33,998 nt of DNA. Origin: Candidatus Ryanbacteria bacterium RIFCSPLOWO2_12_FULL_47_9c. Lineage in GTDB: Bacteria > Patescibacteriota > Minisyncoccia > Ryanbacterales > GWA2-47-10b. This document shows, one piece after another, positions 30,510 through 33,998 of the stretch. The translations under genes were made by a program, and so were the position numbers. The DNA lies in assembly GCA_001821795.1 (NCBI GenBank), contig MHOB01000023.1, positions 1 to 33,998 on the forward strand. The letters run 5' to 3'. The stretch's first letter is position 1; the number at the start of each line of letters is the position of its first letter. The notes under the pieces are model-generated. The model was not told the DNA's origin, made no database searches, and was given only the letters and a program-made list of their open reading frames with translations.

Positions 30510-30884
30510 ATGGATCTATTGTTGCGTTTGCCGGGTGCGTACCCCCCGCGCCATCGGAGCATATCATTCATGGTTTTTTCATTCCTTGCGATTATTATCT
30601 CGGGGTATATTTTTTTCCAATCGTCATCTATTTTTACCACGCCCGATCTCGCAATCGAGACCCCGCCCGATGGCGCTCTGATACAGGGAAATCGCGTTTT
30701 GGTTCAGGGGATGACCGTACCAAGCGCGAAAGTGACGATAAATGGTTATGAGACATTCAGCGACGAAGCAGGTTTTTTCAATATATCTCTTCCCTTTCAG
30801 AGAGGATTTCATATTATTGATATCCGCGTGGTGAATCGGGTTGGCAACGAAGCACGGGCGGTGCGCCGTATTGTTGTGGAGTAG
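30510..30884 (+). CDS. Small membrane-anchored protein with an Ig-like domain
   Basis: One TM helix is followed by PDLAIETPPDG...VQGMT.P.AKVTING...G.F...G.H.I.I. The alternative start is 30489. Confidence 0.7.
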   Translation: MDLLLRLPGAYPPRHRSISFMVFSFLAIIISGYIFFQSSSIFTTPDLAIETPPDGALIQGNRVLVQGMTVPSAKVTINGYETFSDEAGFFNISLPFQRGFHIIDIRVVNRVGNEARAVRRIVVE

Positions 30885-30943
30885 TTTACGCATTCGTCTC
30901 ACGAGGACTTTTCATTAAATGGGTGCGGGGGTAGAATAGGTCC

Positions 30944-31963
30944 ATGCCAAAGAAAGAAAAGAAAATGGATGACGCTGTTACGAGAGGAACGGAGGCGATA
31001 AATCTTGCAATGCAGGCGATTCAGTCAAAGTATGGGGAGGGATCGCTCATGCGTCTTGGCCATATGCCGCGCGTCCCCATTGAGGCGATCTCAACCGGTT
31101 CTTTTTCGCTTGATTGGGCGCTTGGAATTGGAGGCATTCCGCGGGGGCGCGTTGTTGAAATCTTTGGACCGGAGTCGTCAGGGAAAACGACACTTTCGCT
31201 CCATGTCATCCGCGAATGCCAGAAAAAAGGCGGGGTTGCCGCGTTTATTGACGCAGAGCACGCGCTTGACCCCGAATATGCAAAAAAGATTGGAGTGAAT
31301 CTCAACGAGCTCCTCATTTCACAGCCCGATACGGGCGAACAAGCGCTTGAGATCGTAGAGAGTTTGGTGCGATCAGGCGGTATGAGTGTCATTGTGATTG
31401 ATTCGGTAGCTGCGCTTACTCCCCGAGCCGAGATCGAAGGGGATATGGGACAACAGCACATAGGTTTGCAGGCGCGCCTCATGAGCCACGCTCTTCGGAA
31501 ATTAACATCTATTGTGGCGAAAACGAAGACAACGGTTATATTCATAAACCAGATTCGCATGCAGATTGGGGTAATGTTTGGCAATCCGGAGACGACGCCG
31601 GGCGGCAAGGCCTTGAAATTTTACTCATCGGTACGCATTGATGTGCGCCGCCTTGCGCAAATCAAGAAAGGAGAAGAGGTGGTGGGGAGCCGCACGAAGG
31701 CAAAAGTAGTTAAGAACAAAGTTGCGCCGCCTTTTCGAATCGCCGAATTTGATATTATGTACAACGAGGGTATCTCGTACGAGGCGGATCTTATAAATCT
31801 TGGGGCAAAATTGGGTGTAGTGAAAAAAAACGGGGCGTCATACAGTTTCCAAAATATAAAACTTGGCCACGGTTATGACGCCGCGCGAATCTTTTTGAAA
31901 GAAAACAAAAAAGAATGTAAAGAGTTAGAGAAAGCACTGCGTGAGGAATTGGAAAAGGTATAA
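30944..31963 (+). CDS. recA: Recombinase RecA
   Basis: Motifs [49 protein letters not shown] and KNKVAPPF. Confidence 0.98.
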   Translation: MPKKEKKMDDAVTRGTEAINLAMQAIQSKYGEGSLMRLGHMPRVPIEAISTGSFSLDWALGIGGIPRGRVVEIFGPESSGKTTLSLHVIRECQKKGGVAAFIDAEHALDPEYAKKIGVNLNELLISQPDTGEQALEIVESLVRSGGMSVIVIDSVAALTPRAEIEGDMGQQHIGLQARLMSHALRKLTSIVAKTKTTVIFINQIRMQIGVMFGNPETTPGGKALKFYSSVRIDVRRLAQIKKGEEVVGSRTKAKVVKNKVAPPFRIAEFDIMYNEGISYEADLINLGAKLGVVKKNGASYSFQNIKLGHGYDAARIFLKENKKECKELEKALREELEKV

Positions 31964-31972
31964 TGAATTCAA

Positions 31973-31995
31973 ACTTAGACATCGGATGTCTAAGT
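31973..31995. repeat. Perfect 23-bp palindrome (REP-like) downstream of recA
   Basis: ACTTAGACATC-G-GATGTCTAAGT has 11-bp arms and no U-tract. Confidence 0.8.
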
Positions 31996-32077
31996 GATAC
32001 TTATACACACCCGTAAAAGCAATTGACAGCATAAAGTATATAATAAAGGTAGCTATTATTAGCGGTTCACTTTTTAT

Positions 32078-33998
32078 ATGCAAAAAAAATATGTTTTAGA
32101 GTTTGCGGTTGTCTTCTCGCTTCTTTTTATAAGTGGGGCGCAGTTTGCTTCTGCGCACGAGCAGTATCTTGTTACGAAAGACAACGCATGGACGCAGTGT
32201 GATCCAGGACATGCAGTGGATGGGGCTATTGTATCTGCCTATACTACGCTCAATAAAAATATCTCAAGTATTCGTTGCCGCGATGCGGTCGGTCTCAATG
32301 GAGACGTGACAAAAAAAGAAGTCTCGTCGGCAGGTAAAAACGACGACGGGCTTCGTAGCCAATGGGTCACATGCGATCCAGGTCAACTTATTATTGGTGT
32401 ATATAAAAAAGTAATAAATACGCCAGATAAAGATATTTTGGCGATTGCTTGCCAAAATGCTCGCCGCGGCGGCGGAGGCGAGACAGTAATCGGACTTGGA
32501 GACGGTCAAAAAACTCCTTCAAATTCAGACTCGGCATGGAGTTATTGCCCGCAAGGCAAAGCCGCCGCAGGATATTTTCTTGTAAATTATCGAAATGGCG
32601 TAACAGATGTTTCTCCTTCACAAATTCCCAACCCTCCTTCATTGCCGCGAGTAACATTTAACAGCTCCGGGGGCGTTTCGGTCTACAATGCACTTGCGTT
32701 TCTGCCACTGCCCATTCCTCTACTCCCAGATCCAATTTCTTTTTTCTTGTTGTTTAAGATTTTTAATAGTGACAATGAAAACTATAACATGACCGAGCGG
32801 CGGCTTGTGTGCGTTGACAAACCGCCGGAGGTTGCGCGCGTCGTAGGGCTCGCGCTTTTGGACAATCGCTGGGCGGGGCTAAGGTGGACCGATGCTGAAA
32901 TAGAATTAAGTACGGGAGCAAAACAACGCGTTGATGCAACAAGTGCCAAGTTCGAGTTTCAAAATTTGAACGCCGGTTCTTACACGGTAAAAGCTTCTGG
33001 CGCACTAGAGAGCAGTGCCTGCTTTATTCCGGAAGGATATCCCGTTTCGTTCGATCCAAACTGCCACGCTTCTTCTACGTGGGTTACCGGTGACACCGCT
33101 TCATTATCAAATATTCCTCTCGGGTACTATGCGGATGTCTGGTTTAATTTTAAGAAACCGTCGCTAGCTCATCCGGTTCTTGGGCCCAGCGCGCAATCAG
33201 TTGCGCAGGGGCAAAACCTCACTTTCGCTATTACTGGCGCCGCCGCGAGAAAAGCTATTACACTTGCGTGGACTGACGCGGATGGAAATTATAAGTCCGA
33301 TCGCGTGAGCGGTTTTGGAGATACCAATGACAGTGGCGGTGGGACATTCACATTCCCTACCGATACTGGCTGGAGGCCGAGCGATCGCTATAAATTGATT
33401 GCCGGAGTAAACGGGGTTTCATCAAATGAGGTTGGGTTCACTATAACTGAAGCAGGCGGAGGCAACGTTTCTAAAACATTTTCCAGTGGAGATTCAGTCC
33501 AAATAACAGATAACGGCGTTAATGTCAGAGATAATCCAGCCGGTAATTATAAAGGTGGGGTAAATAAAAATGACAAAGGAACTATTGTTGGTACGTCAGT
33601 GAGAAAGTTGCTCAATGGTGTAACGTATGACTGGTGGAATGTAACTTTTTCAAATATAAGTGGCTGGGTTGCAGAGAATTTTCTAAAGAAAGCGACTACT
33701 CCGTCGGATAGAGATGGCAACGGAGGCGGTGGAGGTGGTGGCGGCACGGGCGGAGTTCAACAAATGCAAACCTGGCAGGGATTCTCTGTCGGAGACAGGT
33801 TCGCAGTTCCCTACGATTTAGGCGGATTTCATGGATTGGCAGTTTCGGTATATGGATGCCCAACGTATGGGCTCGGCGATGTTCCGCTAACTGATGGTCC
33901 TTGCCCCCCTATCGGTAATCAAGACTCCACTTCCTTATATATACCCCAAGGAAAGATTCTCGAAATGCAATATGACACAACCGGCCCCGTTGGCGTTG
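32078..33998 (+). CDS. Large secreted/surface multidomain protein (at least 640 aa, 3'-truncated): Cys-repeat domain, Ig-like domains, SH3b domain, Gly linker
   Basis: Manual translation from ATG 32078 (MQKKYVLEFAVVFSLLFISGAQFASA|HEQ...) has no stop before the window end. It has a signal peptide ending ASA and the SH3b motif VNVRDNP...WWNVTF...GWVAENFL. It is missing from the ORF track because it has no stop. Confidence 0.85.
   Translation, partial: MQKKYVLEFAVVFSLLFISGAQFASAHEQYLVTKDNAWTQCDPGHAVDGAIVSAYTTLNKNISSIRCRDAVGLNGDVTKKEVSSAGKNDDGLRSQWVTCDPGQLIIGVYKKVINTPDKDILAIACQNARRGGGGETVIGLGDGQKTPSNSDSAWSYCPQGKAAAGYFLVNYRNGVTDVSPSQIPNPPSLPRVTFNSSGGVSVYNALAFLPLPIPLLPDPISFFLLFKIFNSDNENYNMTERRLVCVDKPPEVARVVGLALLDNRWAGLRWTDAEIELSTGAKQRVDATSAKFEFQNLNAGSYTVKASGALESSACFIPEGYPVSFDPNCHASSTWVTGDTASLSNIPLGYYADVWFNFKKPSLAHPVLGPSAQSVAQGQNLTFAITGAAARKAITLAWTDADGNYKSDRVSGFGDTNDSGGGTFTFPTDTGWRPSDRYKLIAGVNGVSSNEVGFTITEAGGGNVSKTFSSGDSVQITDNGVNVRDNPAGNYKGGVNKNDKGTIVGTSVRKLLNGVTYDWWNVTFSNISGWVAENFLKKATTPSDRDGNGGGGGGGGTGGVQQMQTWQGFSVGDRFAVPYDLGGFHGLAVSVYGCPTYGLGDVPLTDGPCPPIGNQDSTSLYIPQGKILEMQYDTTGPVGV

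Noticed and set aside
32023..32044. TTGACA and TATAAT upstream of the last ORF
   Set aside because: They are only 10 nt apart, so they cannot form one promoter. The -10 may still be real.
21586..32092. Identical 17-mer ATATGCAAAAAAAATAT at the starts of rpoB and the last ORF; the A8 run as a phase-variation tract
   Set aside because: It is a low-complexity A-rich start context. Its presence in essential rpoB argues against phase variation.

Overview
This window is a gene-dense chromosomal segment, almost all on the + strand and using genetic code 11. It most likely comes from a Patescibacteria/CPR bacterium of the Parcubacteria type. That placement is inferred from the compact RpoB/RpoC, a PheT without its OB domain, rplK not followed by rplA, mostly SD-less starts and the CPR-style type IV pilin cluster. 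In order it holds: the end of a type IV pilus locus (pilC, minor pilins including a 728-aa pilin-adhesin, a PilX-like protein, a PilM with a TM tail, a major pilin); a stand-alone pyrH; a 2H phosphoesterase; tRNA-Asp and a CAU tRNA; pheS-pheT-gyrB; an AT-rich insert with a membrane protein and a RAYT (HUH) transposase bracketed by inverted 23-bp palindromes; secE-nusG-rplK; tmk-dcd-thyA; secD-secF; rpoB-rpoC; ftsK, a small Ig-like protein, recA; and a secreted multidomain protein of at least 640 aa that runs off the window and is absent from the ORF track. The most notable items are the three-part thymidylate synthase (MtrA-like, ThyA, DUF4346-like) in a dTTP operon with no DHFR next to it, and the RAYT/REP unit whose left palindrome overlaps the putative transposase promoter. 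Also notable are an orphan palindrome of the same geometry, an attenuator-like rpoB leader, and repeated leaderless and 16-bp-spacer promoters. All family assignments come from motif recognition by eye; no searches were run.
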